Part shown: one piece after another, positions 19,847-31,362 of the stretch
How the letters are laid out: every line of letters begins with the position of its first letter
Numbering within the stretch: the stretch's first letter is position 1
NCBI GenBank assembly: GCA_963745835.1
Contig: CAVUZH010000015.1
Coordinates: 160,001-224,000, forward strand
Length of the DNA stretch: 64,000 nt
Direction: 5' to 3'
Source: an uncultured delta proteobacterium
Lineage (GTDB): Bacteria > Desulfobacterota > Binatia > UBA9968
Made by a program: the position numbers and the translations under genes
Notes under the pieces: model-generated
What the model saw: only the letters and a program-made list of their open reading frames with translations
Database searches by the model: none
Told to the model about the DNA's origin: nothing

Positions 19847-20317
19847 CTAGTAAAGCGACCACAGGCCTTCGAATACGCACGTGTCTACATTTGATGGGCA
19901 AATCGCAGCAGCGTGTTCAAGAGGGAACTTGTGAGTTCCACCCAGGTGATCGAGCAATCCGATGCGGCTGATAAACCCGGCCCCGTGCTCGAGACAAAAA
20001 AAGGACGCATTCACAACGGCTGGCGCGGGCACGAAATAGTAGGGCGAATAGTAGTAGGTTGGCGACGGCACGACAATGATGCGCGACGGGCGGCGACGCT
20101 GAAAACCCGGGATACGCTGATGCGTATCTCTCTCGCTAGAATCGTTTCTTCGGTTCGAGCTAGCAACGCCTTGCGCCTGCCGTGAGACGTGAGAATCGAA
20201 ACGGCTCAATCCCCGCGCGCCCGAGGCGATCGCCCACGGGGCAGAACCCGCCAAGGACGCAACAATTAAAAAAACTATGCTGACTCTAACCATCGTGGAC
20301 GCGCCAAAGAAGAGCAT
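19847..20317 (-). CDS. Hypothetical exported protein with C-terminal Cys/His cluster
   Basis: Hydrophobic N-terminus, Arg-rich then Tyr/Pro-rich linker, CLEH..HLGGTH..H..C..C. Confidence 0.6.
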   Translation of the reverse strand: MLFFGASTMVRVSIVFLIVASLAGSAPWAIASGARGLSRFDSHVSRQAQGVASSNRRNDSSERDTHQRIPGFQRRRPSRIIVVPSPTYYYSPYYFVPAPAVVNASFFCLEHGAGFISRIGLLDHLGGTHKFPLEHAAAICPSNVDTCVFEGLWSLY

Positions 20318-20473
20318 GAGACCATTGTAACAAACCTCAAGCGGATTTCATCCCTGCCTGAATGGGGCTAGACGATCTTCTTTATCGCTTTCGAACGAAC
20401 GCGCGGGAGACAAGCTTTTGCCGCGAAGCATTGAACATCATAGCCGCTGCAGATAAGGTCACCGTTTAATTTC

Positions 20474-21340
20474 ATGTTAGCAATTCTTTTAGCCTTGTTC
20501 GGCTCATTCTGGTTTGCCGTTTCCATGATCTTTATCAATCGCGGCATCCTGGCAGTAGATTATTTCAAAGGACTGCTCGCTAATCTCGGCGTGAACGCCC
20601 TATGTCTCTGCATTTACCTGTCATTCTCCTCCGATCGGATCGATCTCTGGGCTCCTGCGAATCTCATATTCGTGATTATCGGAATTTTCGTGCCGGGCGT
20701 AGCGCGTTTCTTTATCTTCAAAGGGATGGAGCGGCTCGGCGCGCCCATTTCCGCATGCCTCACAAACAGCACACCTTTGTTTGCCATCGCCTTTGCCGTC
20801 TTCTTTCTTGGCGAGCGCCCGACGGTTACCAACCTGCTGGGCGCCTTTTCTATCGTTGCAGGAATTGTTTCCCTCTCCTGGCGCGGCACCGCCAAAACGT
20901 GGCGCACTGCCGACCTAATTTTTCCATTAGCGGCGGCTTTTCTTTTTGCCGGAAGGGACAACCTCGTCCGCGTTGGCGTTCTCCAGATTGGTTCGCCAAT
21001 CACGGCGGCGGCGATTGCGTCCGTGGTGTCGCTGGTGACCATGGCGCTGTTCTACGCGATTCTCGCCGAGCACAAACCGCTGGGCGCACTTGGGCGGCGC
21101 GGCCTCGGTCTCTTTGCTGTCTCGGGCTTCATGAATTTCCTGTCATATGTTTTCATCTATACCGCGCTCAGCATGGAACGAGTATCGCTCATCTCGCCAC
21201 TGGTAAACGCCTCGTCGCTGTTCGTCCTGCCTCTCTCATTAATTTTTCTCAAAGATGTCGAGAAGCTGACCGCGCGCAAGATCGGCGCGACCACGCTGGT
21301 CATAATGGGAGTGTTGCTGATTTCCTGGGAGAAACTCTAA
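20474..21340 (+). CDS. EamA/DMT family transporter
   Basis: About 10 TM in two repeats; PLFAIAFAVFFLGERP and LIFLKDVEKLT segments. Confidence 0.9.
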   Translation: MLAILLALFGSFWFAVSMIFINRGILAVDYFKGLLANLGVNALCLCIYLSFSSDRIDLWAPANLIFVIIGIFVPGVARFFIFKGMERLGAPISACLTNSTPLFAIAFAVFFLGERPTVTNLLGAFSIVAGIVSLSWRGTAKTWRTADLIFPLAAAFLFAGRDNLVRVGVLQIGSPITAAAIASVVSLVTMALFYAILAEHKPLGALGRRGLGLFAVSGFMNFLSYVFIYTALSMERVSLISPLVNASSLFVLPLSLIFLKDVEKLTARKIGATTLVIMGVLLISWEKL

Positions 21341-21488
21341 AGGGGCGCCGTCTGGCTCGTGTCACGCCGAGTGTTACGCCGCAGCGAGCAATGTCACTGG
21401 CCGGTTGCAATTACAACGGTGCTCATTGCCTGCAGGAGCGGGTTTAGCGGATTTATAGATGACCGCCGCTCCCATAGAATGCTGCCAA

Positions 21489-22838
21489 TTATGAATGAGG
21501 GTTTTCGGACACGGCGGCTACGCTGCCTTGCAGCAAAGCTAATTTCCTATCACGCATCGCCAGAAATTCCCGCAACTCCGATCCGGTGAGCCGGTCCGCC
21601 GACGCGAGCTTCAGATCGAGGAAATTTATTTTCCGGCCTTTCTTTAGCATTTCAAAATGCAGGTGCGGACCGGTAGCATGCCCGGTCTGACCGACATATC
21701 CAACCACTTCACCGCGATTGACCGGCCTGCCGACTCGAATGCCTTGGGGAATTTTCGAGAAATGTGCATAGCGGGAGACATATCCGTCGTCGTGGCGAAT
21801 CTCGACCATCCGCCCATAACCGCCCCGAGTCCCCGAAAACGTCACTTGCCCATCGCCAACCGCAACTACAGGTGTGCCAGTGGGGGCGGCATAATCGATT
21901 GCTTGGTGGGGACGTACGGTGCGAAAGATCGGATGCCTTCTATCGATCCGGAAAGGCGACGAGATCCGCCGATAATTTAGCGGCGCTCGCAGAAATGCTT
22001 TCATCAAAGCCTGGCCGCGGTTGTCGTAATAGGAACCTTTCTGTTTTCTGCCTTGATAATAAAAAATCTGGTACGGCGATCCGGCAGCATGAATCTCTGC
22101 GGCGAGAAGTTTCCCCTTCTCGCGTTGACCGTTGGCATACTGCTTTTCTTCGAAAATCACTGAAAAATCGTCACCGCGTCGGAGGTCCGAGTAAAAATCG
22201 ATATCGTATTCGAATAAGTTGACTAACTTGTGGATCTCCGGCGGCGAAAGTCCCGCGTCCACTCCGTCCTCGAACAGACTGCCGCGTATGTTGCCGCGAA
22301 TAACTTTGCTTCCACGTACGAATGGAACTTCCTCTCGGGTGGCAACCCAACCTTTCTCAGTCGACATGACGCGAACAATCGTGCCATCAGCGGAATACTC
22401 CAGCCCCTGAATTCCATTATGGTGGTCGAGCAGCAAACGAAAAGTGTCGCCCGCTCGCATTTTTCTGGGATTAGAGAAAGGTTGCAGCTGCTTAGCCAAC
22501 TCATCGGCTGAAGCGGGTGTCAGGCCGTGTTTGATCAACGCGCCCTGCAAGGTATCGCCGCGGCGGAGCGCCAGATCGAACGTTTTGGGTGATGACTCGG
22601 TTGCGCTTTCTTCGTCGAGCGGACGATAAAGAGGATCCGGCTGGTTGCCGGTTTGCAATGACCTGACAAGCGCAATAGGCTCTTCGTCTTTCGACGATTC
22701 CAGCGCCGGTGCGGACAGCAGAAGGTATACGGTTGCGAGCGCGCCGAGCAACACAGCCATGGCTGCCGACCGGCGCCTCTCCTCCGGCGGATAAAGCCGG
22801 TCGAACAGATTACGAAAATGACTCTTGGTTCTCTTCAT
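21489..22838 (-). CDS. M23 peptidoglycan DD-endopeptidase (MepM/Csd3-like)
   Basis: HQAID (HxxxD) and TGPHLHFE (HxH) motifs; N-terminal TM. Confidence 0.92.
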   Translation of the reverse strand: MKRTKSHFRNLFDRLYPPEERRRSAAMAVLLGALATVYLLLSAPALESSKDEEPIALVRSLQTGNQPDPLYRPLDEESATESSPKTFDLALRRGDTLQGALIKHGLTPASADELAKQLQPFSNPRKMRAGDTFRLLLDHHNGIQGLEYSADGTIVRVMSTEKGWVATREEVPFVRGSKVIRGNIRGSLFEDGVDAGLSPPEIHKLVNLFEYDIDFYSDLRRGDDFSVIFEEKQYANGQREKGKLLAAEIHAAGSPYQIFYYQGRKQKGSYYDNRGQALMKAFLRAPLNYRRISSPFRIDRRHPIFRTVRPHQAIDYAAPTGTPVVAVGDGQVTFSGTRGGYGRMVEIRHDDGYVSRYAHFSKIPQGIRVGRPVNRGEVVGYVGQTGHATGPHLHFEMLKKGRKINFLDLKLASADRLTGSELREFLAMRDRKLALLQGSVAAVSENPHS

Positions 22839-22933
22839 GCGGTTTGACTCGCGGAAAATAATTTCCTTTTTCTACAACATCTTGATCAATTATCAAAACC
22901 GAAAGCAATATTTTTCCTAGTGAGCCGTTAACA

Positions 22934-23704
22934 CTAATGCAAAGTCGGTTTTGAATCATCGTCCTTACCGCCTTCCAGGACACGAAAGCGTCGTTTCATT
23001 CGGGCCAATCGTCGCTGCGCCAAGTAAAGCTTGAAACCATCGAAAGGACTCCCACCACGGAGATAGAAATAACCGAACAGCATGCCGCCCAAATGCGCGA
23101 TATGGGCGATGCCGCTCTGCCCAGAGGCGATTGACGAATAAAGCGCAATTGCTCCGATGATCCAAACGAAATGTTTCATCTTGATCGGAAAAAGGAAATA
23201 AAAGTAGATGATCTGGTTCGGATAAATCAGGCCGTAGGCGAGCAAAATCCCATAGACTCCTGCCGAAGCGCCGATGCTGGGAACCATTTGATGTGGAGCT
23301 AACAGCGTATTGAGAATGCCGCCGCCTACCGCAGAAACGAAATAATATTTCAGAAAAAAACTGCTGCCCCAACGGCGTTCCAAATCGCAACCAAACATCC
23401 ACAGCGCCAGCATATTGAGCAGAAGATGAAACAGGCCGCCGTGTAAAAATTGATACGTGAAGACTTGCCAGAGATAGAGATCTTGCCAGACGAACTGCGG
23501 CACCAATCCGAAGAAATACACCACACGATAGTCGAGGAACGTCTGAAGAACGAAAACCGAAATGTTGGCGATTAGCAAGAATTTGACGGCCGGCGTAACC
23601 GCTCCGCCGCCGAAGTTTGCGTATCTAGCTTGGTATTGCACGTCTAGGTAGCTTAACTTCTGATCGGCGAAATTGGAAGGCAGCGCGCTCCCAGGTTCGG
23701 TCAA
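22934..23704 (-). CDS. Rhomboid intramembrane serine protease
   Basis: HLLLNM, GASAG and AHLGG motifs. Confidence 0.92.
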   Translation of the reverse strand: MTEPGSALPSNFADQKLSYLDVQYQARYANFGGGAVTPAVKFLLIANISVFVLQTFLDYRVVYFFGLVPQFVWQDLYLWQVFTYQFLHGGLFHLLLNMLALWMFGCDLERRWGSSFFLKYYFVSAVGGGILNTLLAPHQMVPSIGASAGVYGILLAYGLIYPNQIIYFYFLFPIKMKHFVWIIGAIALYSSIASGQSGIAHIAHLGGMLFGYFYLRGGSPFDGFKLYLAQRRLARMKRRFRVLEGGKDDDSKPTLH

Positions 23705-23906
23705 ATGGACGAAAAATGCAGTCGATCATCGAGCCCGCCGTCACCATCACCGTTGAGCGCGCGCATACGGAGAATCAATCAGCAGTGCGAGACAGGTAGG
23801 ATTGCCCTGCGGCGAAACAATCCCTGCATCACGCTTTTATCAGCACATTACTTGACAGCTCTTCAACGCTGCACTATCTCTCGAAAAACAAGAGAGAGGA
23901 TTCGAC

Positions 23907-25100
23907 ATGAGCATAAGAGGAAAAACGGCAGTCGTGGGAATCGGCGAAACGCCGACAGACCGACTCGGTAGCAAGCCCGGCGAATCTCGTAAATCCACGG
24001 CCGAGTACTTGGCATGGGCGGCGCGCCTGGCGATGGCAGACGCAGGACTAACCAAGAAAGATTTCGACGGTCAAGGATTAGCGGCTATTTATACCACCAA
24101 TCATTCACAGCCCTTTTGGCCGGAAGAAGTAGCGGCCATTCTCGGTATTACGCCGGGCGTTTCTCTGGCGGGCGGCAATGGGGGTGCCAGCTCGGTGTCG
24201 CTGTTGGGCCATGCGGCTGCTGCGATCGTCGCCGGACTTTGCGATCTCGTGTTGGTGATCGCTGCGGCGGCGCCATTTTCGGAGCGCGGCGCTCATCGCG
24301 GCGCTCCCGCTGATACCCGCGATTATGAAATGCCGTTCGGCGTCATGGGACCCAACTGCAAAATTTCTTTCGTGATGAGCCGATATATGCATGAATCGGG
24401 CATGACCGAAGATCACTTCGGCAAAATCGCTGTCACTGGGCGTTATCATGCCTCACTCAACCCCAACGCTTACTTGCGCAAGCCGATCACTATCGAAGAT
24501 TATAAAAAATCGCGGCTGATCTCGGATCCGATTCGTCTGTTCGATTGCGTTATGCCCGCCAATGGCGGCAAAGCATACATTATGACCTCGGCCGAACGCG
24601 CCAGGAGCATGCTTAAGCCGCCGGTCTATCTGCTCGGCTGGGGCGAATGCAACAATTCCAGCTATGGACCACGTTATCGCGCAAACCCGCTCATCACCGG
24701 GATCGAACAGGCAGGCAAGCGCGCCTTCGCAATGTCGGGCGTGACACACGACGACATCCGCTGTTTGAATCTGTACGACGACTACATTCCGATTGTCATG
24801 ATTCAGATTGAAGATCTCGGTTTTTGCGGCAAGAACGATAAAGCTTTTTTCGAGAAAACCGACTTTACGTTCAAAGGCGATCTGCCCATTCAGACCAGCG
24901 GCGGCATGATCAATTGCGGCCAACCCTCGACCACCGGTGGCATGTTGCACGTCATCGAGACCGTCCGGCAGATTCGCGGTGAAGGCGGAGATCGCCAGGT
25001 CCCGAACATCAAATTCGGGATCAGCAGCGGCGTCGGCGCGGTCAATTACGGCAAGAACTTTGGCTGCACCGCGGCGGCCATTTTGGGAAGCGAAGTTTAA
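23907..25100 (+). CDS. Thiolase-like protein (SCP-x/Ltp2 type)
   Basis: AVVGIGET, NPNAY, PIRLFDC, EDLGFCG and QIRGEGGDRQV motifs; followed by DUF35 gene. Confidence 0.88.
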   Translation: MSIRGKTAVVGIGETPTDRLGSKPGESRKSTAEYLAWAARLAMADAGLTKKDFDGQGLAAIYTTNHSQPFWPEEVAAILGITPGVSLAGGNGGASSVSLLGHAAAAIVAGLCDLVLVIAAAAPFSERGAHRGAPADTRDYEMPFGVMGPNCKISFVMSRYMHESGMTEDHFGKIAVTGRYHASLNPNAYLRKPITIEDYKKSRLISDPIRLFDCVMPANGGKAYIMTSAERARSMLKPPVYLLGWGECNNSSYGPRYRANPLITGIEQAGKRAFAMSGVTHDDIRCLNLYDDYIPIVMIQIEDLGFCGKNDKAFFEKTDFTFKGDLPIQTSGGMINCGQPSTTGGMLHVIETVRQIRGEGGDRQVPNIKFGISSGVGAVNYGKNFGCTAAAILGSEV

Positions 25101-25107
25101 AGGGCAC

Positions 25108-25237
25108 AAGCACGAAATACGAATTCCAAAATCGAAACAATTTCAAATGATCAAAATAAGAAAACTTGCGAACTGACCTGTTTCAAATTCTATTTGCAAT
25201 TTTCCTAGTTTGTTTCGGGTTTCGGATTTCGAATTTT
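25108..25237. repeat. AT-rich inverted repeat built from heptamer units
   Basis: CACGAAATACGAATTCCAAAATCGAAACAA ... TTGTTTCGGGTTTCGGATTTCGAATTTT. Confidence 0.75.
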
Positions 25238-25276
25238 ACTATTGATCGCTGACGATTCGAAAGGTGAGAGTTTGAT

Positions 25277-25708
25277 ATGACGGATGAGAATAGCGTAATC
25301 AAAAAGCCAATTCCCGAGATTACACCGGTAAATCAACAGTTCTGGGACAGCACCAAAGCCGGCAAATTGATGATTCAGAAATGCCAAGACTGCGGCACCT
25401 GGGTGTTTTGCCCTCGACCCGTTTGTGGCGATTGCGCCAGCGACAAACTCCAGTGGGTAGAAGTCAGCGGCAAAGGCAAAATATTTTCCTTCACCGTGAT
25501 ACGAGAAGTTGTCGGTCAGGCGCTGCGCGGCTTTGCTCCGGACATTCCCTACGTCACCGCCTGGATCGATCTCGATGAAGGACCGCGCTTCTGCAGCAAT
25601 ATCGTCGGCTGTCCAATTGAGAAAGTTCATATCGATATGCCGGTACAAGTTGTTTTCGAAGACAGCGGCCAAGGTGTGACACTGCCGAAGTTCAGGCCAG
25701 CAGATTGA
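25277..25708 (+). CDS. Zn-ribbon OB-fold protein (DUF35/ChsH2-like)
   Basis: FWD..GKLMIQKCQDC..PRPVCGDC..SGKGKIFSFTV..PY..LDEG pattern. Confidence 0.93.
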   Translation: MTDENSVIKKPIPEITPVNQQFWDSTKAGKLMIQKCQDCGTWVFCPRPVCGDCASDKLQWVEVSGKGKIFSFTVIREVVGQALRGFAPDIPYVTAWIDLDEGPRFCSNIVGCPIEKVHIDMPVQVVFEDSGQGVTLPKFRPAD

Positions 25709-25769
25709 GACAAATCGTTGGATGCGTTGACAACAGCATCATCGACTTTGCGTGGAAACCAGCGCCCGG

Positions 25770-26615
25770 CTATCGCACCGTAATGAAGCCGATTCCGGCA
25801 ACTAAAAGCACTACGCCGATCAGCACCATGGCAGTGATTTTTCTCCGCCGCGCAAGAACAGCGCGGTGAAAGCTATGGCGAATAACGGGTGGTATTGATG
25901 AGCGGCGCGACCCCGAGATTTGACCGCCGTTGAGCGCGATAAACGTGCACAACTGGCCGATCAGCGCGAAGACTGCGGCGCCGCCATAGAACGGCAGGCG
26001 CTTTGGCGATCGATCTTTATCGACTGTTTTTTTCCAGAGAACAGCAGGGAGCCAAGCAGGCATACCAGCGACGTCGCTGTCGTAATGGTAGAGGCAATGA
26101 CCGGTTCATTGGACTGTTAAGCCCGGCTTTGCGGATCTTCTGCGATACCGACGCCAGCATGGCAGCGCCCAGGGAAAACAAAAGATCGATGGCGCGCCAC
26201 TGGGCTTCTCCAACCCGTTTGTATGACACCAACCATGTGCCGGCGATAGTTAGAAGGCCGCCCACATAAACGATCAGCTCCGGTCGTTCTCGAAACAGGA
26301 AAAAGGCGATCGCCACCGAAAAAAAAGGCGAAGTTCCCCGGATCGGTCCGGAGCGCGAAATGCCAAGCCGGACGATGCCGACGTAAAACATCACCCGCAC
26401 GGTGGCCGGCTGGATGATCCCGCTCAGGACGAAGAATAGGTTAGCGGACTGAAAAATTTCTCCGCCGGATACTGATATATAATGTAGGGGACCAGAACCG
26501 CTGGGTTGACGGAGAAGCTGATCAGCGCGGCCGTTGACGGGTTCGAAAAGGCAGTGCCTTTGCGCACAAGAATAGAATCCGCCGCCCACGCGATCGCCCA
26601 AATCTCGCTACTCAC
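25770..26615 (-). pseudogene. EamA/DMT transporter broken by several frameshifts
   Basis: Fragments MSSEIWAIAWAADSILVRKG / GISRSGPIRGTSPFFSVAIAFFLFRERP / KITAMVLIGVVLLVAG in different frames. Confidence 0.75.
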
Positions 26616-26804
26616 CTAAATTTAAACTTTCATAGTGTTGGGTTTAGCACAGTCCATTCCGATAGAGTAGAAGAACGGCTTTGAGATAGCATGCAAATCA
26701 ACGAACTGTTTTCGTGCGAAGTACGGATTGGGCATAATCAACTAGCAACGTGAATTCGACGGAAAAATCACGGACCTCGAGCAGACAGACAAATAGCTTT
26801 AACC

Positions 26805-26842
26805 AAAAAAAAGCCTGGCTGAGGAGTTCCCAGCCGGGCTTT
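26805..26842 (-). terminator. Rho-independent terminator
   Basis: AAAGCCCGGCTG-ggaactcct-CAGCCAGGCTTTTTTTT on the minus strand. Confidence 0.8.
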
Positions 26843-27026
26843 AAAGAAGCAGCAGATAGATTTTGTTTAGAGGAGATTATTAGTCAAAGATCGCTTGTTT
26901 CTTGAGCCGCTGACGTCCAAACTCGCGTTCATCGAAGATGAGATCGTTACGGTCTGGCGTTCCTCTGCGAACAGCACAAGCCGGTAGCTTCCTGATGACT
27001 CTGAGATCTGCTGTGTTGGATAAAGG

Positions 27027-28331
27027 TCATAATCTTGATGAAAATCGGCCAGGATGCGAACTTCGCGCCGCGGCGCTGTGACTTCGCTCTTGCCGGTCGC
27101 CCTCTACTCCCGAATCAGGAGCAGCTATTGAGCGGCTAGAACAAAAATCATCGAATAATACCTTGATGATTCGATTGGCGGCCTTGCCATCCCAATAGCG
27201 GGGAGAGCGGTTCACTGTATTTCTTTTCCGACGCGCTCGGTTAAATTCTCTGATAATCTTTTCCGGATTCGATCCCGCCAAGACGTTAGTGCCTTGCTTG
27301 AGCGTAATTGGTCTTTCGGTGGTATCCTCGAGTGTAATGCATGGGACGCCCAGCATAGTTGTTTCGTCTTGGATTCCTCCCGAGTCTGTGAATACAACTC
27401 TCGCCTCAGACATCAGACGAATAAAATCCACATAGCCAAGCTGCGGAATCAGCCGGAGTCGCATCCGCCCATCCCATGGCTCTGGATTGCAAATAAAATG
27501 ATCGACAGGATAATCACTCAGGTATTTATCCTGAAACCACTCAAACATCTCGGGATGCACCGGAAATAAAATCGGCATGCGCTTCGAGATCTGGATAAAA
27601 GTATTGAGTATCGGAGACAGAATCCGGTTATCCCGGATGTTAGCAGGTTTGTGCAGGGTTAAAATTCCATAAGGTCTCACCCTCTCTCCATCGGCCAATT
27701 GCATGTCCTGCAAAATCGACGATTCCTCAGCCATGGGTCGATGTCGCATGAACGTATCGATCAAACACGTTGCCGACGAAAAACACCTTTGCATTCGGCA
27801 CCCCCTGATGGAGCAAATTGTGACTGGCGTTTTTCTCAGTAGTAAAGAGATAGTCGGAAATGGGATTAGTGACGACGCGGTTAATCTCTTCAGGTGTGCT
27901 TCGGTCGAAACTCCTCAATCCCGCTTCAATATGCGCAAGCTTCGGAATAAGGTCTTCTTTGTGATTGCCCCGATACCGGATTTTCTTTGTCAGTAGCGAA
28001 CAGGCGACCGTCAGATCCCAGTCACCCACCACCAGCACCACGTCCGGTCGCTCCCGCAATATCACCGGTTCTAACTGCTCGGTCATTTCAAGGGTGTTGA
28101 GCGAGTGCGAGGCCGAACCAATTTCCAAATAAAGGTCTAGTTTAGGAAAATCTATGTCATTGAAATACCAATCAGAGCTGTTGCTATCAGAATTTTGCCG
28201 GATATGGACCAAGACGTGCTGAATTGCTGTCGGACGGCACGAGCATTGAAAGCGTTAATAGCATCGCTGATGGCGGCGAGCTTCATCATACTTGGCCTTG
28301 CTCCAGCCACGGATAAAATTTTAAGCGCCAT
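27027..28331 (-). pseudogene. wecB: UDP-GlcNAc 2-epimerase (WecB-like), frameshifted and degenerate
   Basis: MALKILSVAGARP start with GGAGG RBS; AHIEAGLRSFD..PEEINR; TDSGGIQDE; TTERP; WDGKAA; at least two frame breaks. Confidence 0.82.
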
Positions 28332-28359
28332 GATACCTCCATCTGGCTGTCAACATAAG

Positions 28360-28922
28360 CTCTCGCCGGTAGGTTTTTGTTACCAGGATTCAACCGCTTT
28401 GGTGAGTAAGCAAGAAACAAGTCTCTGCTGACCTCAAATCCCGCTTTTCTGCAGTATTGGTAAGATGATCTCGCGCATAGTACCCGGCGGAATCGTGCTT
28501 TCAAGAATAACTAACTTACCGGATTTAAGATGGTTGCGAACCGCTTCTATCGCCGCCACTAGATATGACAACTCGGGATCTCTATGCTTGTCTACGGGCG
28601 TAGGCACGCAAATACTTATGGCATCGAAAAATTCAACAGAGGCGAACGGACTGCGTCGCTCTCAGATTCTGTGCTGCGACCGCACAATGAAGCGTTTCAT
28701 TCTCAATCTCCGAAAGATGCCTGCCTTGACCGATTCTACTTTATTACCGTCGATATCAATCCCAGTTACCTGAAATCCGTTCCGCGCCATGTCCAGAGCC
28801 AGGTGAAGTCCCGCGTATCCCAACCCGATCATGCCCAACTTCGCCGAGCGTTCCCGGATCCTTCTGTCCAATTCTTGTCCTTGATGTTTCGAACGCGTGC
28901 TGGTAACGACGGACATTTGCAT
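28360..28922 (-). pseudogene. Truncated nucleotide-sugar dehydrogenase (WecC/WbpA-like)
   Basis: IGLGYAGL, ICVPTP, LVILEST.PG and AYSPKRLNPGN in broken frames; C-terminal half absent. Confidence 0.82.
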
Positions 28923-29460
28923 AGCCCCCATAGCCGTAAGTCATTTAAAAATTTGGCAATGAAAAACACGTCGGAGCGATCTGTATGAACACCCCTATAA
29001 ATGGATCCGACAGATCGGGATAGTATGAGGCTTTCATCGAGCAGTGAATGGAGTCCTACGATGCGACAACTCATGAGCACGACAGATTTTTGTGATGACA
29101 GATCTGTGCGATACCCCAGATGCATGATCGAGAACTGAATGCGTCTTCGTGGAGATGTAGCGAATGCCAGCCACGCCCCGTAGTGGTTCTTTCATGCTTA
29201 TCTCGTGCAGTGATAGCAAGAATATGTTATTCCCCGCTCAACTTTGATACTGTCGGTCAATTCCGCCATGGGACGGTTGATGGCGTGAGGATAATATACA
29301 GGGCTGAGTTGTGATAACGGCAGGAGTTAGCTCAAGCGATGCAAAGTAGTACGGCTATGTTAGGTGGAACAAATGGAACACACACCTTTGGGCACCCTTG
29401 TTGATGAGCATGCGCCTGAGCAAGACGTCTCCGCTCGCGACGAAATGAAGCAGTAACGTC

Positions 29461-31362
29461 TCAGTAAGTTACCAGGGACAGGCCTGGATTTATAGCGTCG
29501 CTCAGCTGACCATTCGTGCTAGCATCAAGCGATTTCTTCGAACTCAAATAATGGACTATCTGATTGACGCAAGCCTCGGGTGTAGTTCCCAAAGTTCGAA
29601 TGTGAATTTCAGGGGAGTCCGGTGGCTCGTAGTAACTATCGATACCGGTAAAATTTTTGAGTTCTCCACGCCGTGCCTTCGCGTACAGCCCTTTCACATC
29701 GCGGCGCTCACATTCCTCCAGGGGTGTATCGACGAAGACCTCGATAAATTCGCCCGGATCAAACAAGCTGCGAGCCAATTGGCGCTCCGCACGGAAGGGT
29801 GAAATAAACGCAACAATCACAATCAGACCCGCATCCACCATAAGTTTCGCGACTTCAGCGACACGGCGGATGTTCTCCACACGGTCGGCCTCCGTAAATC
29901 CCAGATCTCGGTTGAGTCCATGGCGAACGTTATCGCCGTCTAGGATGTAGGTGTGCTTGCCATCAATGTGCAAACGTTTCTCCAACAGATTTGCAATCGT
30001 CGACTTCCCCGAACCAGAAAGCCCCGTAAACCAAAGACAACCCGCCTGCTGATGCTTCATTCCGGCCCGAACCACTTTCGACAGCTCCAGTGCTTGCCAA
30101 TGCACGTTGATCGATCGGCGGAGCGCGAACCGAATCATAGCCGCTGCGACGGTCTCATTAGTGAGCTTGTCTATCACGATGAACGCACCTAACTTTCTGT
30201 TGTCGGCATACGGCGCAAACGGCACGGGCCGATCGAAACTGACGTTAACGGTAGCGATTTCGTTTATGCCGAGCGTCTTCGCGGCAAGATGCGCACCGCT
30301 ATCGATGTCCAGGCGATGCTTGATCTGGGTGACACTCACTCCCGCCGATTTGCTGTGAATCAGAGCAGCGTAAGAGCGGCCGGGTAGCAAGGCGTGCTCG
30401 TTCATCCAAATTAGGTCCGCCTCGAACTGATCAGCACATTCGACTGGATCCGACGCACTCGCAATGACATCGCCCCTGCTCAGATCAACTTCATCCTCCA
30501 GAACTAAGGTAACGGACTCACCGGCGTTAGCCTTAATCTTGAAGCCATTCCAGGCGGCGATCTCCTTTATACGGCTTGCTACTCCTGACGGACTGACGCG
30601 CACACGGTCCCCGGGCGAGACGGAGCCGCTGGCAATACGCCCGGAGTACCCCCGAAAGTCACGGTTGGGTCGGTTGACCGACTGCACAGGCATGGCAAAC
30701 GGCTGGGTTACCCCCCGGACCTCGGCGGGGACGGTTTCGAGCCATTGCAAAAGGCTTTGCCTCTCATACCACGCCATGGCGGTATGGTCGCATCTAACTA
30801 CGTTTTGACCCTCAAGCGCTGACAGGGGTATCGGCGTAATCGTTTCAAAGCGCAAATCGGCAGCAAAGCGCTCATAGGCAAGGCGGAGTTCATTAAATAC
30901 TGGTTGAGACCAATCCACGAGATCCATTTTGTTAACCGCTAATGCGACGTGCCGTATACCCAACATTGAAACGATACGGCTATGGCGCTTGGTCTGGGTA
31001 AGCAGCCCCTTGCGCGCGTCAATCAGCAATACAGCTGCGTCGGCAGTCGATGCACCGGTTGCCATATTGCGGGTGTACTGCTCATGACCGGGGGTGTCGG
31101 CGACGATGAAACGACGCTTAGCAGTGGCAAAGAAGCGGTAGGCAACATCGATTGTGATACCCTGTTCCCGTTCCGCCTGTAATCCATCAACCAGCAGCGC
31201 CAAGTCCAGGCGCTCGCCTTGGGTGCCAAATCTTTTCGAATCGGCCTTCAGCGCCTCTAGTTGATCATCAAAGATCAACTTGGTCTCGTAGAGCAAGCGG
31301 CCAATCAGCGTTGACTTGCCATCATCGACACTGCCGCAAGTAATGAATCGAAGAGCATCCAT
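29461..31362 (-). CDS. cysNC: Bifunctional sulfate adenylyltransferase subunit 1 / adenylylsulfate kinase (CysNC/NodQ-like)
   Basis: [24 protein letters not shown] and NKMD motifs; C-terminal [25 protein letters not shown]. Confidence 0.96.
   Translation of the reverse strand: MDALRFITCGSVDDGKSTLIGRLLYETKLIFDDQLEALKADSKRFGTQGERLDLALLVDGLQAEREQGITIDVAYRFFATAKRRFIVADTPGHEQYTRNMATGASTADAAVLLIDARKGLLTQTKRHSRIVSMLGIRHVALAVNKMDLVDWSQPVFNELRLAYERFAADLRFETITPIPLSALEGQNVVRCDHTAMAWYERQSLLQWLETVPAEVRGVTQPFAMPVQSVNRPNRDFRGYSGRIASGSVSPGDRVRVSPSGVASRIKEIAAWNGFKIKANAGESVTLVLEDEVDLSRGDVIASASDPVECADQFEADLIWMNEHALLPGRSYAALIHSKSAGVSVTQIKHRLDIDSGAHLAAKTLGINEIATVNVSFDRPVPFAPYADNRKLGAFIVIDKLTNETVAAAMIRFALRRSINVHWQALELSKVVRAGMKHQQAGCLWFTGLSGSGKSTIANLLEKRLHIDGKHTYILDGDNVRHGLNRDLGFTEADRVENIRRVAEVAKLMVDAGLIVIVAFISPFRAERQLARSLFDPGEFIEVFVDTPLEECERRDVKGLYAKARRGELKNFTGIDSYYEPPDSPEIHIRTLGTTPEACVNQIVHYLSSKKSLDASTNGQLSDAINPGLSLVTY

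Noticed and set aside
21359-21381. Tandem GTGTCACGCCG/GTGTTACGCCG repeat
   Set aside because: Only two short units between convergent genes; could be chance
26878-26990. Short minus-strand frame ending FGRQRLKKQAIFD before the terminator, reminiscent of a PEP-CTERM tail
   Set aside because: No PEP motif, no hydrophobic TM stretch and no start codon
29319-29345. tRNA-like GGAGTTAGCTCAAG (a similar TTAGCTCAA occurs near 34737)
   Set aside because: No T-arm GTTCRA, anticodon stem or acceptor pairing
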